A stretch of DNA of 27,363 bases from positions 1 through 27,363 of IMG/VR virus record IMGVR_UViG_3300022670_000470. The stretch is one strand, 5' to 3'. Numbering within the stretch: the stretch's first letter is position 1; each line of letters starts with the position of its first letter. Shown here in pieces: positions 17,001 to 24,878 of the stretch. The DNA is from a virus. Taxonomy: Duplodnaviria > Caudoviricetes. The position numbers and the translations under genes are program-made. The notes beneath the pieces were generated by a model. The model was not told the DNA's origin and made no database searches. It saw nothing but the letters and a program-made list of their open reading frames with translations.

Positions 17001-19680
17001 GAACATTAACTATTTTCTCGAATGTACTCCGGACCTGTTTGAAGGTAACCCTCGGTGTCCCGGTGTTGAACATATCGAACTCATCGGACTGTGGACTGGA
17101 CAGAACCGCCAGATCACCATTGTTATTGGCGTTTCTAAAGAAGATCGAGTCCGCATTTGCAAACCTGAGCGTCCCTTGTGAGGCGGGAGTCGGTCCAAAG
17201 GCTATGGCCCCCCCCGTCGAGCCGGGGCCGATACTCATAAGCGTGGGAGAAGTGGTTGAAGTGATGGTAAATTCATCAACGAAAGCGACAGCATCAATCC
17301 TGGATGAGATTGTGAAGAGTGAACCTGTTCCGTCGTTATTGACTGGAGCTACAAAGGCTTTCCAGTCAACATCGTGGGGAGAGCCATCGTGTGATTTTCC
17401 CGTCCACAGAACCGAGAGAGAGTCTCTAACACCTGGAGAACCCAAGGCCGCAGTATCGAGAATAAAACCATCACCCGCAGTCACACTAGTGCCGACTTTG
17501 ACAGATGTACCAAAGTGACCTGTTCGGAATTGCCCACCACCAGGATTGCCGAGATCAAGCGTGTTCTGTGGATTGACATTGAACACAGTCCCCAAGAAGT
17601 TGTAATTCACAGATGCAGCACCAGGCTTCAACAGAATTTGACCACCTGAACCCGCACCACGAATATCCAGAATAGCGTCGTCTTGCCCTGTACCCGCAGT
17701 CTGCGCTTCGATAAAGAATTGGGCTTGACCACCGGCATATATAGCCAGGCGCTCATAGTTAGAGAGATCCGTGAAGGTCGCGTAGACGTAGAAAAACTGG
17801 TCGTTGGTCCCGCGCCGCAAAGCTAGTATGTCAGCACCATCTCTGTGGAGCTGAACGTCACTGGCAGCACCGAAGGTCAAAAAGGTGTCGTCTTGAGCCA
17901 GCCTTACCGCTTCATTGATCGTATCGACGATGAACACATCCCCCGCATCCCCATCCATGCGAACCAGGAAAGCCTCGACGCTGTCCACGTCAATGATCAG
18001 GCCATCAACGATAAAGCTCCCCGGAATCGTGAGGTTTCCCGTATCGTCAATCTCGAAGACCGTAACGAAGCCAGCTGCGTCGATCCTGGTTTGGAGTGTG
18101 AAGATCGAACCTGTCCCATCATCGGCGGTCACGTCCACAAACAGTTTCCAGTCAATGTCGTGTTGAGTAGAGGTCTCGAAGCCTTGGCCCGTCCAAAGGA
18201 TTGAATGGGAGTCCTGCTGCCCATCGGATGTTAAATCGGGAGAATCGAGAATGATTCCTTCGGTGACTCCAGCAACAGTAAAGAGAAGCCTTCGGTTAAA
18301 AGTCCATTGCTGGTCGATACTGGAAAAAGAACCAAACTGAGCAGTACCTATTTGAAATGCGACGCTCGTAGCAGCATTAATAAATAGAAGGGTGTCCGAA
18401 ATCATACGAAACGTAAAGTTTGAAGCAATAGGTGCAGCTGTCCCCAACCAAATTGCCGGTGAAGCTACAATATCGCCACTATTGTCAAGAATGATTGATC
18501 CGGTAGTGCCGATTATGTCCATGCGGCCTGCATCATCGAGAGTAAGTCTGTTCACGAAGCCAGCTGTGTCGATCTGAGTCTGCCAAGTAAACAATGAACC
18601 CGTACCGTCATCGGCGGTCACGTTCACGAAGAACTTCCAGTCAATGTCGTGAGGAGTGGCTGTTTCAAAGCCCTTGCCCGTCAGAAGGATCGCGCCCGAA
18701 TCCTGGTTGGCATCGCCCGTGAGATCCGCGTGGTCGATGGTGATGGCGTTAAAGCCACCCGAGACCTTGTCCTGGCCGATAAAGACGCCGTTGGTGAAGA
18801 GGTTCCTTACCGCGAAGCTCGCGCTTCCAAGGTCGTACCTGTCGGTGATGAAGGGTGCAAATTCGAAGTCGGCAGTAACCGAACCTTGAATACTCCACCG
18901 TTCTACGCCCTCGTTAAAGAACTCAAGAGCGCCCACACTAACGTCGAATTTCAGGTCATATTGACCACCACCCGACGCTCGTACGGCTTTGATTAAAACT
19001 TCACCGTTGCCGCTTCTATCGGCAATGATTTCCAGGTAGCGTTCTTCACCGACAATGTCAAAGGAAACGATTCTCAATTCCTGCTGAGTTCCACTAGCAA
19101 TGGACGAGCCAGGGTCAACCAGGGAAATAATACCGGCAGCCTCTCTGCGGAAAACAACGTCACTGGCAGCACCGAAGGTGAAAAGGGTGTTATCTGACCC
19201 TAACCTCACCACATCGTTGACCGTATCGACGATGAACACATCCCCCGCATCACCGTCCTTTCGGACCAGCACGGCCTCGGTGTTGTCCGAGTCGATGATG
19301 AGCTGATCCATGGTGAAAGTCGCACCGCTGACGGTCAGGAGCCCGTTGTCGTCGACGGTCAAAATGTCGGTGAAAGGAGCCCCATCAATGCGAGTCTGTA
19401 GGGTCCAGAGCGAACCTGTACCATCGTCGGCGGTCACGTTCACAAAGGCTTTCCAGTCGATCGTATGAGGGCTACCGTTGTTGGAGTGGCCTTTCCATAG
19501 GAAGGCATGGGAATCGAGCTGTCCAGGCGCACCAAGGGGCAATGCGTCAAGAATGATCGCATCAATGGGCGAGTTTTCCTGGGTCCCTGCTGTGAGAGAC
19601 CGTTGGACAACCTTATCCTCTGGGAAGGTTGCCGCCTCGAAATTCCCGCCAAGTATTGCTACGCCGCCTACTGCGCCCAT
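14062..19680 (-). CDS. Large repeat-rich tail fibre/spike protein 1 (1872 aa)
   Basis: AGGAG RBS; five 'DS..IL..G...H.IDWK.FV.VTADDGTGS' repeats (one degenerate), three APTE(G/A) repeats plus a degenerate one, and a C-terminal domain highly similar to fibre 2. Confidence 0.85.
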   Translation of the reverse strand: MGAVGGVAILGGNFEAATFPEDKVVQRSLTAGTQENSPIDAIILDALPLGAPGQLDSHAFLWKGHSNNGSPHTIDWKAFVNVTADDGTGSLWTLQTRIDGAPFTDILTVDDNGLLTVSGATFTMDQLIIDSDNTEAVLVRKDGDAGDVFIVDTVNDVVRLGSDNTLFTFGAASDVVFRREAAGIISLVDPGSSIASGTQQELRIVSFDIVGEERYLEIIADRSGNGEVLIKAVRASGGGQYDLKFDVSVGALEFFNEGVERWSIQGSVTADFEFAPFITDRYDLGSASFAVRNLFTNGVFIGQDKVSGGFNAITIDHADLTGDANQDSGAILLTGKGFETATPHDIDWKFFVNVTADDGTGSLFTWQTQIDTAGFVNRLTLDDAGRMDIIGTTGSIILDNSGDIVASPAIWLGTAAPIASNFTFRMISDTLLFINAATSVAFQIGTAQFGSFSSIDQQWTFNRRLLFTVAGVTEGIILDSPDLTSDGQQDSHSILWTGQGFETSTQHDIDWKLFVDVTADDGTGSIFTLQTRIDAAGFVTVFEIDDTGNLTIPGSFIVDGLIIDVDSVEAFLVRMDGDAGDVFIVDTINEAVRLAQDDTFLTFGAASDVQLHRDGADILALRRGTNDQFFYVYATFTDLSNYERLAIYAGGQAQFFIEAQTAGTGQDDAILDIRGAGSGGQILLKPGAASVNYNFLGTVFNVNPQNTLDLGNPGGGQFRTGHFGTSVKVGTSVTAGDGFILDTAALGSPGVRDSLSVLWTGKSHDGSPHDVDWKAFVAPVNNDGTGSLFTISSRIDAVAFVDEFTITSTTSPTLMSIGPGSTGGAIAFGPTPASQGTLRFANADSIFFRNANNNGDLAVLSSPQSDEFDMFNTGTPRVTFKQVRSTFEKIVNVHTVGSNTSAFSVGSALVIDTTNGIVKAQQSLAIGSAPAQTGGLRLSNADDIVWRNSANSGDNVWFSIGASDELILGESTTGPFIRVAEELRCFAGLTATLDSAAAFRVTGANLSPIVFKVDTISEAVTIGEGVVLLPSSSVDRLIIDAPNLTVNSTVGFSHTLLFVGKSRESGGANHDANWRMFVSPLSTTGFDGQSLFRMNAAIDGAIPTELMRMADDGRVAFSQPEQFSIGSPTFVDNVQVHITGSFIDDYGGGPDSTYKVLVDGFQTGDATRTARQCLFAVSPPGNGAQIITQNNSESISDVGTMLLGPASIVKGTDTITRTFTLKVANAPATGVGTENYVVLLDQSSSSPPDAVLRIGQAQSLGVKLLVAGLGSTNLVQNAQVRFSSVYQPAPAVADFASLLHIDAQLNGVSGDTNHLTGALFTANVVTQGVTESISNISQVQIDEPTITNNLTGTITQASTVLITGAPTEATRNYALNVEDGSVRFALAGPHVMGGVPQNLFQFAMVGSFTSGGAGIQAANLRVAANLGGAPGDTLRLAGTDLASIIVTQSASESIADVAQLIVLEPDISDNLTGGGVITNASTVLIQGAPTEGANNFALRVTSGATFLGGKVKIAVNDAEALFIQKAGGGGPGQDIFKVDTSASGFPPGNLVRVIGASFLQETASGRNTFGTSTAFDYVFLRIAPSQVISGGASDEAHILLVEGNIQGFSGDTARINVATFTGSVTTQNVAEAVANISQVQIDEPAITLQGSSTVTNAQTLLITGAPTEGVDNWAFRIISGDVEIGGDLIAFGAGGGNSRILFRGCGTYYVGNLDTPDELFIGIDAGSGNVTVASSVVSTDGNSWKFRNSAPNGQFMEVRQAFTTVLTSAGSSVTAAGAIPSGSFVVGITTRVITAVTGPTGFDVGDGIDVDRWGASIAATLNTTSDITDYTSSALNLFPASNDVVITSDGVDFTGGEIRITIHYMSLQAPSS

Positions 19681-19687
19681 ATTTCTC

Positions 19688-20005
19688 CTATATCAATGCC
19701 AGGTACTGCACATTCACACCGTCTAATCCGACCTCACCGTGAATAAAGATCTCATTGAGGTTGATCGTCGTATTGCCCGGAGCTGGAAGCGTGGTGAAGG
19801 GCAACGTATTTCCGATGATCGGAGTTTGCAGCTCCACGCCGGCCAGTCCATCGTTGAGCACCGTACTGTCACCAACAAAGATCTTCCCACCGTTGTTCCT
19901 CAAGACCTGGAGCAAGACCCAAACGGCCTCGATGGACAGACCACTGAGGACCGTAGCCGCTGGAGAAGCTGGCAAGGTGACATTCGAGAGCAAACGAATT
20001 GGCAC
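19688..20005 (-). CDS. Small virion structural protein (paralogue of the N-terminal domain of 20601..21578)
   Basis: 105 aa, GTG start with GGAGG RBS; WVLLQVLRNNGGKIFVGDSTV..GLAGVEL versus WVFIQVLRSNSGKVYVGDFTV..GLAGVTL. Confidence 0.75.
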   Translation of the reverse strand: MPIRLLSNVTLPASPAATVLSGLSIEAVWVLLQVLRNNGGKIFVGDSTVLNDGLAGVELQTPIIGNTLPFTTLPAPGNTTINLNEIFIHGEVGLDGVNVQYLALI

Positions 20006-20304
20006 TACCTGAGTCCTCCAAGAAGATCACAAGATGGATCATCCGGTTCCTCTCCATCTTTTCCGTCCGTGTGGGACTTGTAGATGAAACGACTGCCGAT
20101 GAAATAGTCCCCATCATTCGGCTGCCGAACGGGGATCCCTTCTTCGCCGTTGGTCTGAGAGTTGATCTCCAACGGCTTGGCCGTGGTTAAGATCCCCTCA
20201 TCATTGTCGAATTTCTTTTGCCTGGTATCGACTTCGGCATAGTCGCTGTACCTGTCTTCGTTTCCAGGAGTGGTTTCCCCTGGATTTTCCTTTGCGTGAC
20301 TCAT
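20005..20304 (-). CDS. Acidic low-complexity hypothetical protein
   Basis: 99 aa, strong AAGGAGG RBS, Asp/Glu/Gly/Pro-rich. Confidence 0.7.
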   Translation of the reverse strand: MSHAKENPGETTPGNEDRYSDYAEVDTRQKKFDNDEGILTTAKPLEINSQTNGEEGIPVRQPNDGDYFIGSRFIYKSHTDGKDGEEPDDPSCDLLGGLR

Positions 20305-20314
20305 GGTTTCCTCC

Positions 20315-20629
20315 TTAAACGATTCGAGTAGGGACTGTTTTTAGCCCCAACTCTTTTGCTGCTATGATGGTGTGGTTACCTTCAATCAGTAGGGCATCCA
20401 CACCCATCCTCTCGATCCTTGGACCGCTGCACTCAAGAATGATGAGTGTCTTTTTTAGATCTTCAGCCATGTTCTTCTTGTGGTAATTGATGGTGTCCCG
20501 AGTCTTTTCAGGGGAGAACTTGGGCTCCTTCAATCGGTCCACAGCAAATTTCTCCAGGAACTCAACAGGGAGTTCATCCCCGTACAGACGCCTGTACTCA
20601 TCAAGCTGATTGCGCAAATATTCTTTCAA
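20315..20629 (-). CDS. ParB/Srx N-terminal-domain-like small protein
   Basis: 104 aa, TTG start; LLIEGNHTIIAAKELGLKTVPTRIV matches the ParB box 'IIDGHHR..AA..LG...VP..I' with the Arg replaced by Thr. Confidence 0.6.
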   Translation of the reverse strand: MKEYLRNQLDEYRRLYGDELPVEFLEKFAVDRLKEPKFSPEKTRDTINYHKKNMAEDLKKTLIILECSGPRIERMGVDALLIEGNHTIIAAKELGLKTVPTRIV

Positions 20630-21578
20630 TGGCCCTCGCTTCTGATCTCATGAGAGTCAGCACAGTGGCTACTCCTGCCTCATATCGTGCGTGACAGTAT
20701 TTCTCCTTACCTAAGTCCTGGCCCTCGCCCTGCTTTCCAAGCATCTTCTCGAGTACGCCGTAGAGGATGTAGTGAAAGAAGGCCGGAGTGATGTTCAACA
20801 GGTCCGCAGAGCTGGTCAGAGTAGCGGGCAGAATCGTGTAGGTCAGGGTGAAATCCTGACCTACGGGCCCAACGTCCCGATCCACTTCAAACCGCTTGGT
20901 CAAAAGGAGGTCCTGGTGGTACTGCTTGGGAACACCAGCTGGTTCGTTCTTCCAGTTCCGGTTCTCCGTATCTAGAGCCCAACGATCTGTACGGTGCAGC
21001 GGGACCTGGTTGAAGGAGATCCGATCAATACTCATGGAATCACTAGGTTCTAAGAACACACGATCACCCGCTGTCGCACCAACGGTATCCTGTCTCTTGA
21101 AACAGCCAGTCCTGTCGAAAAAGTCCTTCTCAATATCATTGATGTAGCTGATGATCTCTGACTCGGTCCAGAAGCCCGATGAGAACGTGGCATCCTCCTG
21201 GGTCATGAAAATGATCTGATCGAGCATATCTTGAACCGTTTGCGGACCCACGGCTGGTGCAACGGATTGGGCAAAGACGATATTGACCCCTTCCCCGGTA
21301 TTATCCACGTCGAGGAACACCGCATTCAGGTCAATGAGAGCGTCTGACCGCTTGCTTTCGAGGGCTTCAAAGGGCAGGGACATACTCGGAAGTGGTGCTT
21401 CAAGGGTCACTCCGGCCAGCCCGGTGTTGTCGACTGTGAAATCTCCAACGTAGACCTTTCCGGAGTTGCTCCGAAGCACCTGAATGAAGACCCAATTCGT
21501 TTCGATCGACGTGGCCGATAGTGGTACGGCTGTCCCGGCCGTGGTCGCAATAAAGTTATTGATCGTCGCCAGCGTCAT
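20601..21578 (-). CDS. Head-tail adaptor-like protein with fused N-terminal beta domain
   Basis: 325 aa; C-terminal ~210 aa FWTESEIISYIND...LDTENRNWK...GVPKQY...FFHYILYGVL resembles podovirus adaptors and 21831..22559. Confidence 0.7.
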   Translation of the reverse strand: MTLATINNFIATTAGTAVPLSATSIETNWVFIQVLRSNSGKVYVGDFTVDNTGLAGVTLEAPLPSMSLPFEALESKRSDALIDLNAVFLDVDNTGEGVNIVFAQSVAPAVGPQTVQDMLDQIIFMTQEDATFSSGFWTESEIISYINDIEKDFFDRTGCFKRQDTVGATAGDRVFLEPSDSMSIDRISFNQVPLHRTDRWALDTENRNWKNEPAGVPKQYHQDLLLTKRFEVDRDVGPVGQDFTLTYTILPATLTSSADLLNITPAFFHYILYGVLEKMLGKQGEGQDLGKEKYCHARYEAGVATVLTLMRSEARAIERIFAQSA

Positions 21579-21823
21579 CGTCTACCGCTTACCCTTATCG
21601 GTTTTCGCTTCATGCTCCTTTGCTGTTTCTTCACCCTTCCGGGTTCCTTGTAAAAATTACGGCTCCTGACTCCCCTTCTCCTTTTTCTGGCAATCGGACC
21701 AGGGCCTCTAGAGCTCCCCGTCATATCTCCTGGTATGCCGATCATGGCCGTAGTTCCCAGAGAGCTTTGTAAGCTCCCCCCTCCTCCGGAGGTCCCTGGA
21801 ATATCCCCTGTATTCGATACCAT
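21575..21823 (-). CDS. Small Gly/Ser-rich then Arg/Lys-rich basic protein (82 aa)
   Basis: Start corrected to ATG 21823 (GAGGGAG upstream, just after the previous stop); ATGA overlap with the next gene. Confidence 0.6.
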   Translation of the reverse strand: MVSNTGDIPGTSGGGGSLQSSLGTTAMIGIPGDMTGSSRGPGPIARKRRRGVRSRNFYKEPGRVKKQQRSMKRKPIRVSGRR

Positions 21824-21830
21824 CTTGTGT

Positions 21831-22559
21831 CTATCTCCCTCGATCCGGAGTTGAGTACGAAGGTCCAGTGTCCAGAGCGGGTTCTGCTGTCCAAATGACC
21901 GGCTGCTGGCTATAAACCTTGCGGGCCACGTCACCCATTCGTTCTATGGCATTCTTGAAAGCCGCTACAGCATGCGCAAACTCAGGACCACCTTCTTTAA
22001 AACGCGCTATATGAAAGGTGTAATCCTCGATCGACTCAATGAACTCATCGTCCATATCAATCGGATCCCCGTTGTCTTCGATAGTGGCCGGGAGCTTCAT
22101 GACCACAAAATCAACCGTGATCGTTAAAAATCCCCCCGCTCCAAAACCACTTGAAAATCCGGTAGTAAATGCACTCGATGTAGTTGGAACACCTGGCCGG
22201 GGGAAAATGGCAAAGAGGTTGCAACCGATCGGAGCCCAACGCTTCAAGATGGTCCCTGTCTTGCTTTCCCAGAAACGATCCTCGCGGTCCAGGTCCTCCA
22301 ACGTGACCCGTTCCAGCGACTTGTCTCCCACGGAAGCCGACATGACAGCGATTGTGTCGGTAGGTGGTGCGTAGAAGTTGTCGTCAGAATCGGTGATGAC
22401 ACCGCTTTCCAGGTGCAGTTTAGCTGATAAGTTATTCAGCTCTTTCATGCCCTCGTTGAGATAGAGGACCATTTCGGGCCGAGTCCAGAAAATAGGGGAA
22501 ATCGTCTCGTCCAGTCTTTTGAGGACCAGGTCGATCACTTGTGCACCTGAGATGGCCAT
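21831..22559 (-). CDS. Head-tail adaptor-like protein
   Basis: 242 aa; FWTRPEMVLYLNEG...LDREDRFWE...AIFPRP...EFIESIEDY pattern typical of podovirus adaptor/tail tubular A-like proteins. Confidence 0.72.
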   Translation of the reverse strand: MAISGAQVIDLVLKRLDETISPIFWTRPEMVLYLNEGMKELNNLSAKLHLESGVITDSDDNFYAPPTDTIAVMSASVGDKSLERVTLEDLDREDRFWESKTGTILKRWAPIGCNLFAIFPRPGVPTTSSAFTTGFSSGFGAGGFLTITVDFVVMKLPATIEDNGDPIDMDDEFIESIEDYTFHIARFKEGGPEFAHAVAAFKNAIERMGDVARKVYSQQPVIWTAEPALDTGPSYSTPDRGR

Positions 22560-22562
22560 GTT

Positions 22563-23729
22563 CTATACCCATCCCGCGTATGAATCCCAATCGTGACTTT
22601 GATGCCAATCGGCGCCGAAGCCTCCGAAGGGCCAATCCGCATACGACCACTGTTGCCGCATGATCATGGTGTTGTCGTCTTCCATTTCCATTGCTTCTAT
22701 GTCCATAACGGCCTGTTGTTTGAGCCGAGTAGATTCCGCTGGATCGTAATAGATCCCCCCCTCAATGATCTTGTGCTTGGGCCAAACGAGAGCGTCCGCT
22801 GTGGTCAGTCGCACCAAAACGTCGGAGCGGATCCCATTGGGAAGAATGTCCCCATCGTTCACCAGCGGAGGGAACTGGAAGTGATAAAAGAAGGGGATGG
22901 CCTGCTCTGAAACCGGACGAGGATAAAGCTCGTAGAGTTGAGATCCAGCGGGATCAACCTCATGACTCACGACCATGTAGGTCGTCTGGGTCAGAGTCCG
23001 GTGCGGATCCGAATAGTCGATCGTATCCTTGGGCATGTGGATGATGATCCGATACCGCCGTTCCAGGTTGACCACGGAGATCAACATTTTCAAGTCGGGA
23101 GCAAAGTTGGTGTAAACCAAGCTGAGTGAATAACTTGCTCCTAGCTCGGAGGGCTGCGCAATAATGTCTTTAAGGATCATACGAGTCGGGCTGGAGAATC
23201 CGGTGGCCGTGTAAAACGGCGAGTTGATTCCGACCTTCAGCTGCAAGTTGCTGAGTGAAGATCTGGTGACCGTTTCGCCAGCAAGGTGAGTTTTAGTGAA
23301 ACTGGCCTTGAAGGTCGTTGCCGTAATGTCATAGACGTAAACGCCTTCTTCGTTGGCCCCTCCACCGTCGATCAGCATATAGGTGTTGGGTTCAACCCCC
23401 GCCATTGAACCGGGAGTGGCGTCGAGGACCTCGGCTGAGATCACATCGGCTGAAAGAGTGGTGCTGACCTTATCATCCACAGGCCATCCCGTAGCCGTTC
23501 CAATGATGACGTTGGAGCCAGTGACAGCGTCAATCGTACCGTCAGCGAAGGCAGCGGGAACGGAAAGGACCAGCTGCTTGGTCAGACCACTCCACACCCG
23601 CTTGGAAGTGACGAGGCGGAGGTTATCGTTAATCTTCCTGCGTATCAGCTGTGGGGGATATTTCGGGCAGACCGTTAGAACGTGGTCTTGCATCTCCCGA
23701 AAGTTCTCTTGAAACCGTCCACCTGGCAT
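22563..23729 (-). CDS. Head-tail adaptor/neck-like structural protein with inserted beta domains
   Basis: 388 aa; N-terminal helices (IRRKINDNLR...RVWSGL), C-terminal YELYPRP...FFY...L..DGDILP adaptor-like motif, Thr/Gly-rich insert between. Confidence 0.65.
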   Translation of the reverse strand: MPGGRFQENFREMQDHVLTVCPKYPPQLIRRKINDNLRLVTSKRVWSGLTKQLVLSVPAAFADGTIDAVTGSNVIIGTATGWPVDDKVSTTLSADVISAEVLDATPGSMAGVEPNTYMLIDGGGANEEGVYVYDITATTFKASFTKTHLAGETVTRSSLSNLQLKVGINSPFYTATGFSSPTRMILKDIIAQPSELGASYSLSLVYTNFAPDLKMLISVVNLERRYRIIIHMPKDTIDYSDPHRTLTQTTYMVVSHEVDPAGSQLYELYPRPVSEQAIPFFYHFQFPPLVNDGDILPNGIRSDVLVRLTTADALVWPKHKIIEGGIYYDPAESTRLKQQAVMDIEAMEMEDDNTMIMRQQWSYADWPFGGFGADWHQSHDWDSYAGWV

Positions 23730-23746
23730 TCAACACCCCGAAACCC

Positions 23747-24073
23747 CTATCCGATACCAACAGCCGTTACGCGCACGGTCAGATCCGACAGATCCGTGGC
23801 GTTCGGAACCTCGCGCAAGGGCGCAGTACCGTTGCCCTCAAATGCCAACAGCAGCCCGTTGTCCCGATCGTACTGGACAACCCTTCCGAAATCGCTTCCA
23901 AGTCCACCTTGATCGGAAATCAGCTGATTGATCCGACCCAAACCCAAATCGGCGGGGGTCAGAGGCTCCCCATTGGTCACATAGGAAGCATCGAAGGTGA
24001 TATCGACCCTCACACCCCGCTCGTTTCCTACGGACAGATCTTCTCGGTTCGCAAAAGTCAAAGGCATAGTCAC
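23747..24073 (-). CDS. Small head-associated/decoration protein
   Basis: 108 aa (GTG start, or ATG two codons later), AAGGAGAGG RBS; DITFDASYVTNGEPLTPADLGL motif typical of small proteins encoded after capsid genes. Confidence 0.7.
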   Translation of the reverse strand: MTMPLTFANREDLSVGNERGVRVDITFDASYVTNGEPLTPADLGLGRINQLISDQGGLGSDFGRVVQYDRDNGLLLAFEGNGTAPLREVPNATDLSDLTVRVTAVGIG

Positions 24074-24085
24074 ACCTCTCCTTCG

Positions 24086-24118
24086 TTAAAGTAGGAGGGG
24101 CCACAAGGACCCCTCCCA
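24086..24118 (-). terminator. Probable intrinsic terminator after the capsid/decoration genes (weak U-tract)
   Basis: Minus strand TGGGAGGGGTC-CTTGT-GGCCCCTCCTA: 11-bp stem with two G-U pairs valid on this strand, followed by CTTTAA. Confidence 0.6.
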
Positions 24119-24146
24119 TTGTGCTTGCTTTACCGCTGCGCGCAGC

Positions 24147-24701
24147 CTACCAGTCGAGATTCTGGAGAATCACGGAGTTCTGGTTGCTTACACGCGCGCT
24201 GATCACACCACCGTAGACGGTGTCGATAGGTGCAGCTCCCGCTACACTTCGATTAAACGTCAAATCGGTAGAGCCACCAACGACCTTGTCTCCAGCTGCT
24301 GTGGAGGCAGCGGTGTTGACCAAAGCCACACCACCCACCTGCACATAGCAGAAATTGCCGTTTGTGACGACATTTCCATAGATTCCAGCAACGGAATTTG
24401 CTCCACCGAGAGCGTCGGTTTGGTCGCCAGTCACGGTATAGAGCCCGGTCTCGGGATCCAAAGCCAAGAAATGCGCGACTCCACCAACGGTAACGGCTAC
24501 AGCACCGCTGCCTTCATCATGGAGACAATAACGGAAAAGGTTCCCATCGAAACGGACAATCGTCCCTAAGACTCCAGGTGAAACACCAGGTGAGGGAAGA
24601 CCGGGAGACTCCCGGAATATTTCGCCCTCGTTGACCGTGCGAGGGTCCCCGGTGCTTATCTGAGTAGTCTGCGGTGAAAGTCCAAAGCGTTCGCCTGCCA
24701 T
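24147..24701 (-). CDS. Capsid decoration/cement-like protein
   Basis: 184 aa directly after the capsid gene, AAGGAG RBS; FRYC...AGIYGNVVTNGNFCYVQVGG motif. Confidence 0.7.
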   Translation of the reverse strand: MAGERFGLSPQTTQISTGDPRTVNEGEIFRESPGLPSPGVSPGVLGTIVRFDGNLFRYCLHDEGSGAVAVTVGGVAHFLALDPETGLYTVTGDQTDALGGANSVAGIYGNVVTNGNFCYVQVGGVALVNTAASTAAGDKVVGGSTDLTFNRSVAGAAPIDTVYGGVISARVSNQNSVILQNLDW

Positions 24702-24722
24702 ATTTAACTCCTTTCTTTCACC

Positions 24723-24878
24723 TTAGTTGGCGATATCCGTCAGAATGAAATTGAGACGAGGAGCGGGGAACAGTAGGTTTCCTGCGAACAGGTACTGGCC
24801 GGCCACGTCATCCGTGTTCTGGGCTTCCTTCCATCCGGTGAACCCAAACTGGTACTTCCGGTTGGTGGTGATCCAGAA
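24723..24878 (-). CDS. C-terminal 51 aa of the major capsid protein (frameshifted)
   Basis: FWITTNRKYQFGFTGWKEAQNTDDVAGQYLFAGNLLFPAPRLNFILTDIAN reads as a capsid C-terminus; stop lies 21 nt before the next gene start. Confidence 0.75.
   Translation of the reverse strand, partial: FWITTNRKYQFGFTGWKEAQNTDDVAGQYLFAGNLLFPAPRLNFILTDIAN

Noticed and set aside
9583-19746. Many long plus-strand ORFs (e.g. 11596..12510, 10876..11520)
   Set aside because: Antisense shadows of the fibre genes caused by codon bias; no RBS support or protein-like features.
21824-21934. Apparent overlap or frameshift between 21831..22559 and 21575..21934
   Set aside because: ATG 21823 with a purine-rich RBS gives a clean non-overlapping gene.
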